Counted from the whole stretch's first letter, positions 1 to 11,699 are shown. The stretch is 63,613 bases of DNA, filler included, from Octopus bimaculoides (GCF_001194135.2; 6 parts of 6 records of this genome joined end to end with filler, not necessarily neighbours in it); one strand, 5' to 3'. The notes: generated by a model not told the origin, from the sequence alone. Made by a program: numbers and translations.

Positions 1-56
1 CCTTTGTCTGTCCTTGTTTGTCCCCTCTATGTTTAGCCCCTTGTGGGCAATAAAGA
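1..56 (+). mobile_element. SINE family B, 3' tail fragment (B1 tail)
   Basis: cctttgtctgtccttgtttgtcccctctatgtttagccccttgtgggcaataaaga is near-identical to the tail of the copy at 131-366. Confidence 0.85.
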
Positions 57-130
57 GTCTTATGTCCTTTGGTGTGTCTTGTTACATACCATGACAATAA
101 AATTTCTTGTGGGGAAAAAAAAAAAAAAAA

Positions 131-366
131 GGGCGGCGAGCTGGCAGAAACGTTAGCACACCGGGCGAAATGCTTAGCGGTATTTCGTCTGCCACTGCGT
201 TCTGAGTTCAAATTCCGCCGAGGTCGACTTTGCCTTTCATCCTTTCGGGGATCGATAAATCAAGCACCAGTTACGCACTGGGGTCGATGTAATCGACTTA
301 ATCCCTTTGTCTGTCCTTGTTTGTTCCCTCTATGTTTAACCCTTTGTGGGCAATAAAGAAATAAGA
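131..366 (+). mobile_element. tRNA-derived SINE family B, full-length young copy
   Basis: Head ggcggcgagctggcagaaacg (A-box-like), B-box gagttcaaattcc, core gactttgcctttcatcctttcgggga-tcgataaa; more than 25 related copies in the window. Confidence 0.9.
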
Positions 367-496
367 ATGCAAGATGTTTGGTTTCTGGAATTTTGGGGAC
401 TATAAATGAAATATTTCTGTTTATGTTTTCATCCCCATTGTGAGAGTGCCTTCGTAAGGGAGTGGGATTTATATTGCCTTAGTTATGGCATTATAC

Positions 497-542
<46 letters not shown>

Positions 543-545
<3 letters not shown>

Positions 546-890
546 GGTGCGTGGCTCAGTGGTTAGAGCGTCGGGCTCACAACCATGAGGTAGTGAGTTT
601 GATTCCCAGACTAGGCTATGTGTTGTGTTCTTGGGCAAGACACTTTATTTCACGTTGCTCCAGTTCACTCAGCTGTAGAAACGAGTTGCGACGTCACTGG
701 TGCTAAGCTGCATCGACCTTTGCCTTTCCTTTCCATAACATCGGTAGCGTGGAGAGAGGAAGCCGGTATGCATGGGCGACTGCTGCTCTTCCATAAACAA
801 CCTTGCCCGGACTGTGCCTCGGGGCGGGTGGGGTTAACTTTCTCGGTGCAATCCCATGGTGATTCATGACCGAAGGGGGTCGTTACCCTT
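543..890 (+). mobile_element. tRNA-derived SINE family C
   Basis: A-box tggctcagtggttagagc, B-box gagtttgattcc, conserved tgtgttcttgggcaagacactttatttcacgttgctccagttcactcagctg; follows (GT)n; related copies at 16.7, 19.5, 32.4, 34.3, 38.3, 55.6 and 61.0 kb. Confidence 0.85.
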
Positions 891-904
891 TATATACACA
901 TATA

Positions 905-1900
905 TTTTTCTGATATTTTTAGCTCTGGAGGAATACTTTTAGATCTTCAAATCTCTCTCGTTTGGTTGACTTTGCAAATTATCGAACAGATGCGTCTTGC
1001 CATTTTAAATGTAATATTTTTAGTAAGATCAGTTCCTGGTATGTATCCGCTTCTTTGCAGCAGTTATCAGTCAAAATGATCTCATTTTTTTTTTTAGTTA
1101 TATGAATTTCGAGAAATAGAAGTTTTTTCATTCATTTCCATCTTGAATTTAATCAATTCATGAATGTTGTTAATACATTTTTGAAATCATATAAGATTTT
1201 TCATATTTCTATTCCAAATAAATAAAACATAGATCAAAAAGTATTTTCAAGAGTATTTAAAATAAGCTTTAAAACTCTGGTGACAAATAACCTCTACTGA
1301 AGCATAGATTTCCTTCTAAAAGCCACATCCTAGTATTGCAAAAGTGGGAGCGATTTTTGTGCTCATGACTACCCTTTTTATTTGAAATATAACTTGATTG
1401 TCAAAAATGTATCTGTTCTCTTCTATTGATATTGTTTGTAAATTGTTTACAGAAGAATTGTCTTTAGTTGTAGTTGAGTTTGTTTTGGTATAATTTATCG
1501 AATTTCTGTTCGATTTTGATTACGTCTACATTTTAGTGGATATGAGTTTGTCGCTTCTTGACTACTTCGTAAACTATTTATAGGCGTTATGGTTCTTTCT
1601 GTTGTTATCAATTTGTATATTTTCCTAGAGAGATTTTTGCATTATAGTGTTAATATTTGCTAGTTCTTTTTCGTACTTGGTTTCATACTTCTACAGCTAT
1701 TTTATATTATTTTGCTTCTTGTCTTTGTACATCTTTCCCCTGTAGACCTAATAATTTTCTTCGAATCTTTCTATTTGTACGTCTAGAAATTTCTTCCTGC
1801 ATAACAGAATCACATTTTTCGGACTTGCTTTTGAATTTAGGTACTTGGAGTTGGAGTAGGGCGATTTCCTATCCAAATTTCGGAAGTGGCGGTTTATTCT
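905..1900 (-). mobile_element. Penelope-like element reverse transcriptase fragment, decayed
   Basis: Manual minus-strand translation with stops and frameshifts gives EENRYIFDNQVIFQIKRVVMSTKIAPTFAIL (PLE RT motif QxxGxAMGxxxAPxxA), LIKFKME, TD..KEADTYQ and KNITFKMARRICSII. Confidence 0.7.
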
Positions 1901-2089
1901 GATTTTCAGTTTCATTCTTTAGTTTTTTAATGTAATATACTGGACATTGAATCAAAGAAGTATGAAAACGATTCTTTACTATTTTGTTAGGGAGAGTAAA
2001 TAGTGCTGATGAGCCTTTACTTTTTCAGGCTTCCAAGACTAGTAGGAAGAAGACAGGAAGATATCCTCATACTGGAGACCGAGTCGAAT

Positions 2090-2390
2090 TCTTGCAACAA
2101 AATGAAATTCACTGAACGCATCCAAGGACCAGGCGGTGTTGTTAAACAGTGAATTTAAAATTAAGTCTGCTCCACCAAACTCTCAGAACAGAAAAGGCCA
2201 GAGCAAATACCGCAGATACTGTCCAACACTTTAACATTCTGTCTAACCGCCTTGGATTGGTGCTTTATTTTATTGGCCCTCGGATGAATGAAAGGCAAAG
2301 TTAATCTCAGCAAGATTTGAACTCAGAGCGCAGAGATCTAGAACAAAGATCCGCAAAGCTCTAATGATTTTGTCAATTCGAATTCCTGAT
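2090..2390 (-). mobile_element. Two degenerate SINE family B copies
   Basis: gaatgaaaggcaaagttaatctcagcaagatttgaactcagagc is the reverse complement of the family B core. Confidence 0.7.
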
Positions 2391-2794
2391 AAAACATAAT
2401 TATGGATTTATATATTTATCATATATGTAATTAGAGGAAGCGGGTAGAGATAAATGAGAAAATGAAAGGAGACAAACCTTATAGTATAAAGAAAACCTAT
2501 ATAATTGATTGTTTATATAACGGGTTGTTTACAAAATGGTGGTTGATAAGTGAAAGAAGAGAGAAGTGAGGCAATTAATAGAAAAAGAATTCAGAAAAGG
2601 GAAAGTGCAAACGAAAAAGAGAAAAGACAATAAGCTTTAGAACGATATAGGGAAGCTGTGCGAATGATATTTGTAAAATACTGAATGTTGCGGTATAAGT
2701 TATTTATAAAAAGATCGAGTTTAACAACTGAAATGCAAATAGATAGGACAAAAGACGCAACTTTATCGGGTTTTTAATCTTATAGAATACATGT

Positions 2795-3406
2795 AATTAA
2801 TTAACGGAAAGTTGATGACGTTTTGTAATTCTTCAGCAAAAATGAAAGTCTGTGTTTACATAATGAGATAAGCTCGGGATTTCCATTGAGTATATTTTTT
2901 CTGTGATAGAATAAGATTACACGTATCTGTAAATTATACAAGTTCTCTCTAAAACAAAAGATATTATGCAATGAAACAGTTTTCCTTAGATTTCTTTTAT
3001 CGCCATCAACTTTCCATTCATATTTATACCTTGTACAATTTATATAGTCTTTTCTTTCTTTCCTATCTCTTCTCTTTTCTTTCACTATTTTCCATTTTCT
3101 TCGCGTAATTATCTTTTTCTCTATCATTTACTCGTCTACATTTCTGTATATAACTGATGTGTAAACGACATTTCTATATGTTTACAACAACCAATGAAAT
3201 CAAATTCTTTTACTTTCAAATACTTAGTGACCTTTAAACGGCACTTAACTCAATTGCGTCTTGCTTAATCACTAATACCTGATAAACCTATCGATGAAAC
3301 TTCGATGTTGTATTAGTAAAGTTTCGCTTTCTGTTAAATATATTCTAGTCTTCGTATTGAAATATTTTTCTCGAGATTGCATGTAGTAACGTGTATTCAC
3401 TCCTTT

Positions 3407-3443
<37 letters not shown>

Positions 3444-4130
3444 CACCCATACATGACTAACCGACTTAGCGGCTTTACTTTTGTCGATGTACCAGAAAGA
3501 AGATAGGTGGGTTTGATTAACGTCTTTTGAAATTAACCCGATGTAATTTTTCTTTTCGGCTAGATTATCTTGTTACTTCTGCCTTGTTCACGATGGAGTT
3601 TATCATACACGTCTGGTAAAAGTGGGCAAGCTTCAGCGTCTCGGCAGTTAAAACTGCGAGAGGACTCATGGTGATGTTTATGAGTGAAAATGTTCATCAT
3701 GTTGGCTCAGCAGCTGTATGGTATTTTAATAAGGCATCTGTTAAAAATCTTCCTGTATTTGTGGATTACTGGGAAATGCTTATCTAAAGAGACAGGAATT
3801 TTTTGTCCTTGTTATTTTTAACATTTAAGGAGAAAGTGGGGCGAATGATATTATTTTCTTAGTTCTATTTTTAGGTCTATTTCTATGATTCATATTTCAA
3901 ATTGAAGTCGTATATTTGAAGATAACTGTTAGCTAGGACATTGTTATAGTAGGGAGATTCCTTACCAAATATTTCTTTAAAAGAAGAGAAATTCGATATC
4001 CTATTACTAATATTAGCTAACAGGTTTTTAAGCACTGTAGTGGGGTGACGTCCCTATCTCTATATCAGCTCTCCTGGATTTCTCTTATAGCCACTCTTAA
4101 CCCCGTGGAATTAGTTCTTGATAAAGATTT
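2795..4130 (-). mobile_element. Penelope-like element, thumb / Zn-knuckle / GIY-YIG endonuclease region, decayed
   Basis: Minus-strand peptides HPTTVLKNLLANISNRISNFSSFKEIFGKESPYYNNVLANS, DKHFPVIHKYRKIFNRCLIKIPYSC, FNCRDAEACP, KKNYIGL and C-terminal ILFYHRKNILNGNPELISLCKHRLSFLLKNYK (ORF 2801-3127); interrupted by (TCTA)n near 3410. Confidence 0.8.
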
Positions 4131-4204
4131 CGGAATTTAAGTTAAAATAATTTGAGCACTACTACGTGATTTCTATATTGAGCATCTCTAGCTCTCACTT
4201 TCTG

Positions 4205-4501
4205 TGTACACACACACACACACATACACACACACACACACGCACGCACACATGCACACACTCACATGCGTATACATAGAAATACACTACATTCTCTCTC
4301 AGTCACGCACATATACACATATAAACTTGCATGCATATAGATACAGTAATAAATATAGACACTTCTATATACAATGAGTATAAGCTACTTTCAGTCACAC
4401 ATGCACAGTCATTCTAACAGTCACTTCCACTCAATATTGTATGTGTTGTGTATGTGCGTTTATATAATACACACACACACACGCTGCCACAAACAACAAT
4501 A

Positions 4502-4571
<70 letters not shown>

Positions 4572-4572
4572 T

Positions 4573-4604
<32 letters not shown>

Positions 4605-4630
4605 CAACGGCCGTATTGACGACAACATAA
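4205..4630. repeat. Microsatellite cluster (CA)n, (ACT)n, (ACG)n
   Basis: Directly visible; explains poly-T ORF 4448-4630. Confidence 0.95.
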
Positions 4631-4834
4631 CAGTCTTGTGAAAAACTAATTTAATCAATGAATGTTATATGACAACATGAGAAATGTAGAGATAAAGCTT
4701 TCACTAGCATTTTCATGGCTTCTTATCTCTAAACTTTGAACAGATGTTGAATTATCACCTGCTTCTTCCAAGTATTTTACTGAAGCAACCAAATGGTTAT
4801 AAACAAATTCATTAAAGCGCCAATAACCTTAATA

Positions 4835-4870
<36 letters not shown>

Positions 4871-4971
4871 TCTTCGTATTTACATAAGGGAACATATTTA
4901 TTGAGGATATGGACAATGTCGAGTGAGCTGATCTAGATCGTAAATGTTTTGTAATTACTATAATAGTATTT

Positions 4972-5118
4972 GAGGCGGCGAGTTGGCAGAATTGTTAGAC
5001 CGTCGGAAGAAATGCTTTACGGTATTTCTTCCGACTTATTTTGCTCTGAGTTCAAATTCCGCTCGGGTCGACTTTACCTTTCGGAGTTGAAAAATAAGTA
5101 CCAGTCAAGTACTGGGTC
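4972..5118 (+). mobile_element. SINE family B
   Basis: ggcggcgagttggcagaattgttag ... gagttcaaattccgctcgggtcgactttacctttc. Confidence 0.8.
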
Positions 5119-5335
5119 TTCTTTTGTATGTATGTATATATGTATGTATGTTTGTATGTATGTGTGTATAGGAAAATCTAAGAACAAAAAGGAACGGAAA
5201 AAACGACAAAAATCATTTGGATGTACACATTGAATATATTAGATTGAGGTTCAGTGAAAGTTTTAGATGGCAAAACAGGACATTATTTACATTATCTACA
5301 TATGACGGATATTTGTCCTCATCTTATTTGTTGTT

Positions 5336-5381
5336 AACACAATGTTTCGGCTGATATACCCTCCAGGCTTCATCAGGTGTC
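5336..5381 (-). ncRNA. Minimal type I hammerhead ribozyme motif (PLE-type)
   Basis: Minus strand GACAC-CUGAUGA-AGCCUG...CAGCC-GAAA-CA-UU-GUGUU; stem I GACAC/GUGUU, stem II with one C-C mismatch. Confidence 0.6.
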
Positions 5382-5500
5382 TTGGGGAAATTTCGAACCT
5401 GGGTTCTCAATCCTAAGGTATTCTTCGATGTTATTATTATGTATGCATATATATGCTGCCACAAACAACAACAGCAACAACAACAACGACAGCAACTACA

Positions 5501-5537
<37 letters not shown>

Positions 5538-5604
5538 TGAACTCGACGACGACAACGTAGTGGTTAAGAGCGGGGGTTACTAACCCCAAGATTCCAGGCA
5601 GCGA

Positions 5605-5675
<71 letters not shown>

Positions 5676-5722
5676 TCAAAAAATACCTTAGGAATGAGAA
5701 CCCAGGTTCGAAATTTCCCCAA

Positions 5723-5768
5723 GACACCTGATGAAGCCTGGAAGGTTTATTAGCCGAAACGTTGTGTT
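5723..5768 (+). ncRNA. Minimal type I hammerhead ribozyme motif (PLE-type)
   Basis: GACAC-CUGAUGA-AGCCUG...UAGCC-GAAA-CG-UU-GUGUU; 1-bp helix III with palindromic ACGU as in PLE hammerheads; predicted cleavage after U5763. Confidence 0.65.
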
Positions 5769-5873
5769 AACAACAAACAAGATGAGGACAAATATCCGTC
5801 AATTATAAATAATGTAAATAATGTACACAATTCCTCATCTCTTAAATATAGAACTGTATTATATAATTATATA

Positions 5874-7070
5874 TATAATTTGACGATTTTATGTCTCCTG
5901 TTTTCAGGAGCAGCTTGACGCATTGGTGAACAATCAACGGCGCCGGGAGCATAAATATTAAAGTTGTAGTTGAGAAAAAGTTAATTGACATGGAAGACTG
6001 GAAACTATCTGAATATTGGGAAAGATGATTCCTGCCGAGTACCAAAATATCGACATCAACGTTCTGTGGGTACTGTAAAAACTGTAAGACATGACATTGC
6101 TGCAACAGAGACTATGAAGCAGTAGCCAGCAGGAAGGAACACAGCATGCGTTCTGACTCGGTCCGCATGCTGGAATTCATCCAAGGTGATGGAAGATTTG
6201 AGCGGGGGAATCCAAGCTGTGGCGAGAGACATGGATGTTGAAGTCATTACCATGAAGCTGGCCCTGAATGAGGATCTTTGCTACCACAAAAAACGCAAAG
6301 GACAAATTTTGACAGCCAAGGCTCGGGAGAACCGCTTGACGAAGGTAAATAAGCTTCTGAACAAGGTGAGACACCCTATTGAACCTGGAATTATCTGGTT
6401 CTTCTAAGATGAAGAGAACTTCTATCAGGATTAGTTGCACAGCACCCAGGATAACGAGTGGCTTGCCTACATTCCATGTGATGCCCCATGTATTATGAAA
6501 ACCAAGTTTCCTTGAACTGTAATGGTTTTTGGTTGTGTCCCCAGTGAGGGTAACGTCATGTTGCCCTACATCCTTGAACAGGGCCTTATGCTCAATTCAG
6601 ACGGCCATGGTCAACCCTTAGCTGGAAAGAGTTGCTACAGGAAGGCCATATGTGTTGCAGTAGGATTCGGTCCCTTGTAATACCTCCGGAAAAAGTCAGA
6701 AGTGATTGTCGGAGAATTTCTACGATTTAACCGGCCCCAATTTCTGGCCTCCGATTGTAATCTCATGGATTGCCATGTGTAGGGCGCGGTTAAGAAACGC
6801 ACTAATCGTTCTGATTGCAACACCAAGATGAAGGAGGTATTCGTTGATCTTCCGAGAGACACTCTAAGGAACGCATGCAAGATGTTCAAGAGCCGTCTTT
6901 CAGCTGTGGTAGAAGCTGGGAGTAGTTACTTTGAGTAAACCGTTATCTCTCAGCCATAACATAATCTAGTTGATATTTTTCCATTTTTTAAAACACTTAT
7001 ATTTTTAGATCGGATATTGCGTTTTCTTTTACTTTTATGTAAACCGTCAAATTTATCCAAACATCTCGTA
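5874..7070 (+). mobile_element. maT (DD37D) Tc1/mariner-superfamily transposon, decayed
   Basis: Peptides IWFF*DEENF, TKFP*TVMVFGCV, Q*DSVPCNTSGKSQK*LSENFYDLTGPNFWPP, NLMDCHV*GAV and FKSRLSAVVEAGSSYFE* (stop 6936-6938); D2-D3 spacing is 37 after restoring a small deletion; right TIR 7044-7070 ending TA, partial left TIR tataatttgacg 5874-5885. Confidence 0.85.
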
Positions 7071-7852
7071 TATATATATAAATTCTAGGAACGAAATTTT
7101 TTCATTATGTCCGCATTTTAGAAAATACATCTTGTCGGAATTTATAAAGAGACCGCTTAGTAACATTTGGTTTACGTCTACTTGAAATTGAATTATTGTA
7201 ATGTTGGTTATTCCCCCGATATTTTTCTCCCTGTCTCCTTCATTACAAGCGTCTCTTCTAGACACATTATCTGCTCAAAAGACAACTGACAAACAGTCTT
7301 GTTTTCAGCTTGATAAACGGTGGAATAAATTATTATTTCATGCAGGAAACCTTGGGTAGCTGTGATTACAAGATTCGTGGTTATTATTTTAAGATCATTA
7401 TATATATATATATATATATATATATNNNNNNNNNNNNNNNNNNNNNNNNNNNNNNNNNNNNNNNNNNNNNNNNNNNNNNNNNNNNNNNNNNNNNNNNNNN
7501 NNNNNNNNNNNNNNNNNNNNNNNNNNNNNNNNNNNNNNNNNNNNNNNNNNNNNNNNNNNNNNNNNNNNNNNNNNNNNNNNNNNNNNNNNNNNNNNNNNNN
7601 NNNNNNNNNNNNNNNNNNNNNNNNNNNNNNNNNNNNNNNNNNNNNCGATATTTCAATACCGATTTTATCAGGTGGCCAGCATGGGAATAAAAACCTTCAA
7701 AGGTAAAAAATATTTAAAATTATAATTTAGGGTATCTAAGGGATACCACCACTGTGGAAATAGCAGTCAAAACTTGACTCTAAAACCACATTAAATGTTC
7801 ATATAGCACCAGGAGAGAAGACAAAGAGACAAAATAAACTAGCAAAAAATTA

Positions 7853-8113
7853 CTGGATAATTCCAGATCCCGGATTTCTGGCTCTGCATAAATACAAATA
7901 TATATATAACATACTTACATATACGAACGTATACATACTTATATATTCACGTATGCACACGACCAGTTTAAATTGCCCGTCTAGCAACTCGTCGTGCGAT
8001 ATGATCAGAATACCACCGCAGTGAATATAATGAAGCATTCTGAGTATATTCCACTGAAGAAGACAGAGCATTTCTTATGCAGAGCTAGAAATCCGGGATC
8101 TGGAATTATCCAG
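7853..8113. mobile_element. MITE-like element with 39-bp terminal inverted repeats
   Basis: 7853-7891 and 8075-8113 are reverse complements with one mismatch; TA immediately to the left; right flank is an N gap. Confidence 0.6.
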
Positions 8114-8281
8114 NNNNNNNNNNNNNNNNNNNNNNNNNNNNNNNNNNNNNNNNNNNNNNNNNNNNNNNNNNNNNNNNNNNNNNNNNNNNNNNNNNNNNNN
8201 NNNNNNNNNNNNNNNNNNNNNNNNNNNNNNNNNNNNNNNNNNNNNNNNNNNNNNNNNNNNNNNNNNNNNNNNNNNNNNNNN

Positions 8282-8319
<38 letters not shown>

Positions 8320-8399
8320 CAGTTGAATGGACTACGAATACATTTTTTCCTGACTTATGGATTCTTAGACGGTATTTATATATATATGTACATATATAC

Positions 8400-8500
8400 G
8401 CCGGGTTTCTTTTAGTTTTTGTCTGCCAAATTCACTCACAAGGCATTGGTCGGCCTTAAGCCACCCAGTAGAACTGAATCCGCAACCATCTGGTTGGAAA
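8400..8500 (-). mobile_element. SINE family A, 5'-half fragment
   Basis: gggtttctttagtttttgtctgccaaattcactcacaaggcattggtcggcc. Confidence 0.7.
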
Positions 8501-9234
8501 TTTTAAACGCAAAATATGATGAGTCTCATAAAATAGAAGCTATGAAATAATAACATCAATTCACCCACAACACATTATAGTCGCAAATCTTATTGTTCTA
8601 CAAATAGATTGTCCTTGAACAAATGAAGCCAACGATTGAGACGCAACTCACAAGTATAAGGCCATTTAGGCTTTCTCGGAGGGTATGGGGACTTTATAAA
8701 AAAGCAAAAAAAGCAAATTTAATGTATTTCTTTTTACACCACTGAACAATTGATAATTTTTAGATAGTCCATTGTGTTACAAATTTGTTAAAATTTTTTG
8801 CTTGCATAAATTTTGATACTGATGAAATGTTGAAATACTTGGGGATATTCTAATACATGAAATATATTATGCATGTGGGCCTTGAGTAAATGTAAAAAAA
8901 AAATATTCAAAAGCAGATCGTTACAAAAAGAAGTTGATAATTTCTATTCTAGAATGTATTAACACTTAATGCATTGGTCTAGAAATTAGATTGTTCCAGA
9001 GTAAATTGTTCTAAAACGTATTCTCCTTAAGTGAATTGTTCCAAAGTCTATTGATGATGCAGAGTGGTTTGATTGTTCCAAAGACTATTGGTGATGCAGG
9101 ATGGATTCTTCTGGAATGAATTGTTTAGAGGATATCTGTCTGTCTGCCACTCTCTCTGTTTCTTTCTCTCTTGGTGTGTGTTAGGGCGCTTAAATATGTG
9201 CAATTATTTGCAGCAGTATATTTCTATTTAAGTG

Positions 9235-9272
<38 letters not shown>

Positions 9273-9394
9273 CGCTGTCGGGAAAAACTAAACAAGAGAA
9301 AATCTGAAAAGATGATATGAAAAATAAAGAAGTTAGATATTTGATGATTAAAAAAAAATATTACAAACACAATATAAAAACTCATAAACGAGTG

Positions 9395-10530
9395 ATGGCA
9401 GAAAAGATAGTATGCTTCGTTTAATTATGTCAATTTATGTTCTGTGTTCAAATCCCACCGATGTCAACTTTGTCTTTTATCCTTGTGCGGGTTAATAAAA
9501 GAAATAAGTGATATTCAAGTCTTAAGGTTGATGCAATCAATTGAACTCCTTTAAAATGTCTGACCGTTTGCCTAACATTAAACACTAACGATTATTATTA
9601 TTATTTTGAGGAAAACGCAGTGAGCTAGCAAAGTCGTTAAAACGCCGGAGAACAGGCTTGGCGTCATTTCAATCGGCTCTTTGTGTCCTGCGTTCAAATT
9701 CCATTGAGGCTGTCTTTGCCTTTCGTCCTTTCGAAGTCGATAAAATAAACATCAGATGAGTACTGGGATCGGGGTAGTCGACTATTCTCTTCTCCCCCAA
9801 ATTTTCAGGACTTGTGCATATAGTAGGAAGATTTATTATTACCTTTAGGGGTGGGGGTGGGGGAAGGCAACGAGCTGGCAGGACCGTCAGTATGTTGGAC
9901 AAAATGATTTGCAGCTTTGCTTTTGGCACTTTACGTTCTGCGTTCAAATTCCGCCAAGGTGGACTTTGTCTTTCATCTTTTCGTGGTCCATAAAATAGAT
10001 ATCAGTCAGTATTGGGGCTGATGCAGCCAATTTATACTCTCTCCCTGAAATTACTGGCCTTGTACCAAAATTAGAATGAATTATTATTTTGAGGAAAAGG
10101 GCGGCGAACTGGCAGAAACGTTAGCATAACGGGCGAAATGCTTAGTGGTATTTCGTCTGTCGTTACGTTCTGAGTTCAAATTCCGCCGAGGTCGACTTTG
10201 CCTTTCATCCTTTCGGGGTCGATAAATTAAGTACCAGTTACGCACTGGTTCGATGTAATCGACTTAACCCCTTTGTTTGTCCTCTCTATGTTTAGCCCCT
10301 TGTGGGCAATAAAGAAATTGAACTGGCAGAATCATTATTAACTCGGTCAAAATGCTGAGCATCATTTGTTTCGGCTCTTTACGTTCTGCGTTCAAATTCT
10401 GCCAAGGTGGACTTTGCCTTTATTCTTTCGGCATCGATGAAATAAGTACAAGCTCAGCACTGGGGTCGATGTAATCAACTTATTCCTTCCCCCATGTATT
10501 GCTGGTCTTGTACCAAAATTAGAAAGAATT
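9395..10530 (+). mobile_element. Head-to-tail array of about 5 SINE family B copies
   Basis: Repeated cores ttcaaatycc...gactttgcctttcatcctt near 9450, 9695, 9945, 10175 and 10395, separated by ttattattt linkers. Confidence 0.85.
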
Positions 10531-10559
10531 ATTTTTTCGAGTAATGCTGGCAGTTACCT

Positions 10560-11520
10560 ATGTATGTACCGCAAAGCGTCTTACATGTTCATTATACAGT
10601 TCTGTTAATTTACCCACCTGGATTTGAACACATTTTTTTTTTATCTATTCCAAAAGGATGACAAGATTTGAAACCTGAGCGTAGAGAGGCGGAACCAATA
10701 CTGCGAAGCATTCTATCCAAATATCGCACGGCATGTCTATTCTCTGACGATTCTGTCAAGCCTTCATACTAATTACAATAATGGCTTCTAATTTAGACAC
10801 AAGGTTCACTGTTTTGATGGGAAAGGTTTAAGCGGTACCATTGACCCAAGTATTTGACTAGTATTTTATTTTATTGACCTCGAAAAGATGAATAACAAAA
10901 TTTTCCAAGTTGGGATTTGAACTCGGTACCAATACCACAAGAATTTATAATTTTGGCACAAGACCAGCAATTTTCAGCTCTTTTACTCTTCTACTCTTTT
11001 ACTTGTTTCAGTTATTTGACTGTGGCCATGCTGGAGCAGCGCCTTTAATCGAGCAAATCGACCCCAGGATTTATTCTTTGTAAGCCTAGTACTTATTCTA
11101 TCGGTCTGTTTTGCCGAACCGCTAAATTACGGGGGCTTAAACACACCAGCATCGGTTGTCAAGCGATGTTGGGGGAACAAACACAGACACATACATATAT
11201 ATATATACATATATACGACAGGCTTCTTTCAGTTTCCGTCTACCAAATCCACTCACAAGGCTTTTGGTCGGCCCGGGGCTATAGTAGAAGACACTTGCCC
11301 AAGGTGCCAAACAGTGTGGGACTGAACCCGGAACCATGTGGTTGGTAAGCAAGCTACTTACCACACAGCCACTCCTACGCCTATGGTTACTTATTTTTGT
11401 CGACCCCGAAAGATAAAAAGCAAAGTCGACCTCGGCGGTATTTGAACTCAGGATGTAAAGAGCCAGAACAAATGCCACTAAGCATTTTGTCGGACGTGCT
11501 AACAACTCAACCAGCTTACA
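10560..11520 (-). mobile_element. SINE family B fragments hosting a nested family A copy
   Basis: Family B minus-strand sequence ends at about 10975 (ttggcacaagaccagcaatttt) and resumes at about 11385 (ttacttatttttgtcgaccccgaaag). Confidence 0.7.
10978..11381 (-). mobile_element. tRNA-derived CORE-like SINE family A, full-length
   Basis: Head ggcgtaggagtggctgtgtggt, B-box gggttcagtccc, CORE-like caccttgggcaagtgtctt, internal (TA)n, tail (gtaaaaga)n. Confidence 0.9.
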
Positions 11521-11699
11521 GGATTAACATCAACAATACTCCAAAGAAAAACAACACAAAGAGAATAAACGTCATGTTTACATGGAACTAGAAACTTGTT
11601 GAAATGATACGGATTCTCAGTGAAAGAACACGGGATTAGAGAACACGTGATTACTGGTAGTATTGCATATCTGTATTATCTCTGACAACCTGCTACACA

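Larger units (their letters stand above)
5281..5858. mobile_element. Inverted pair of PLE-type terminal repeats (arms about 5281-5440 and 5662-5858) flanking microsatellites
   Basis: About 150 bp of the two arms are reverse complements (gacggatatttgtcctcatctt...ttcgatgttatt versus aataacatcaaaa...gatgaggacaaatatccgtc); each arm contains a hammerhead core. Confidence 0.8.

Noticed and set aside
543-620. tRNA-like sequences (heads of SINE families A, B and C)
   Set aside because: A/B boxes are present, but there is no complete cloverleaf with an acceptor stem, and each continues into a SINE body
2006-2040. CUGAUGA-GCCU...AGGC hammerhead-like 5' half
   Set aside because: The obligatory GAAA after stem II is absent (uuccaagac), so at best it is a dead remnant
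3281-3305. ctgataaacctatcgatgaaac motif
   Set aside because: The core is non-canonical (CUGAUAA) and no stems form
8985-9125. Short direct repeats gattgttccaaag.ctatt..tgatgcag
   Set aside because: Two to three local slippage duplications with no further structure
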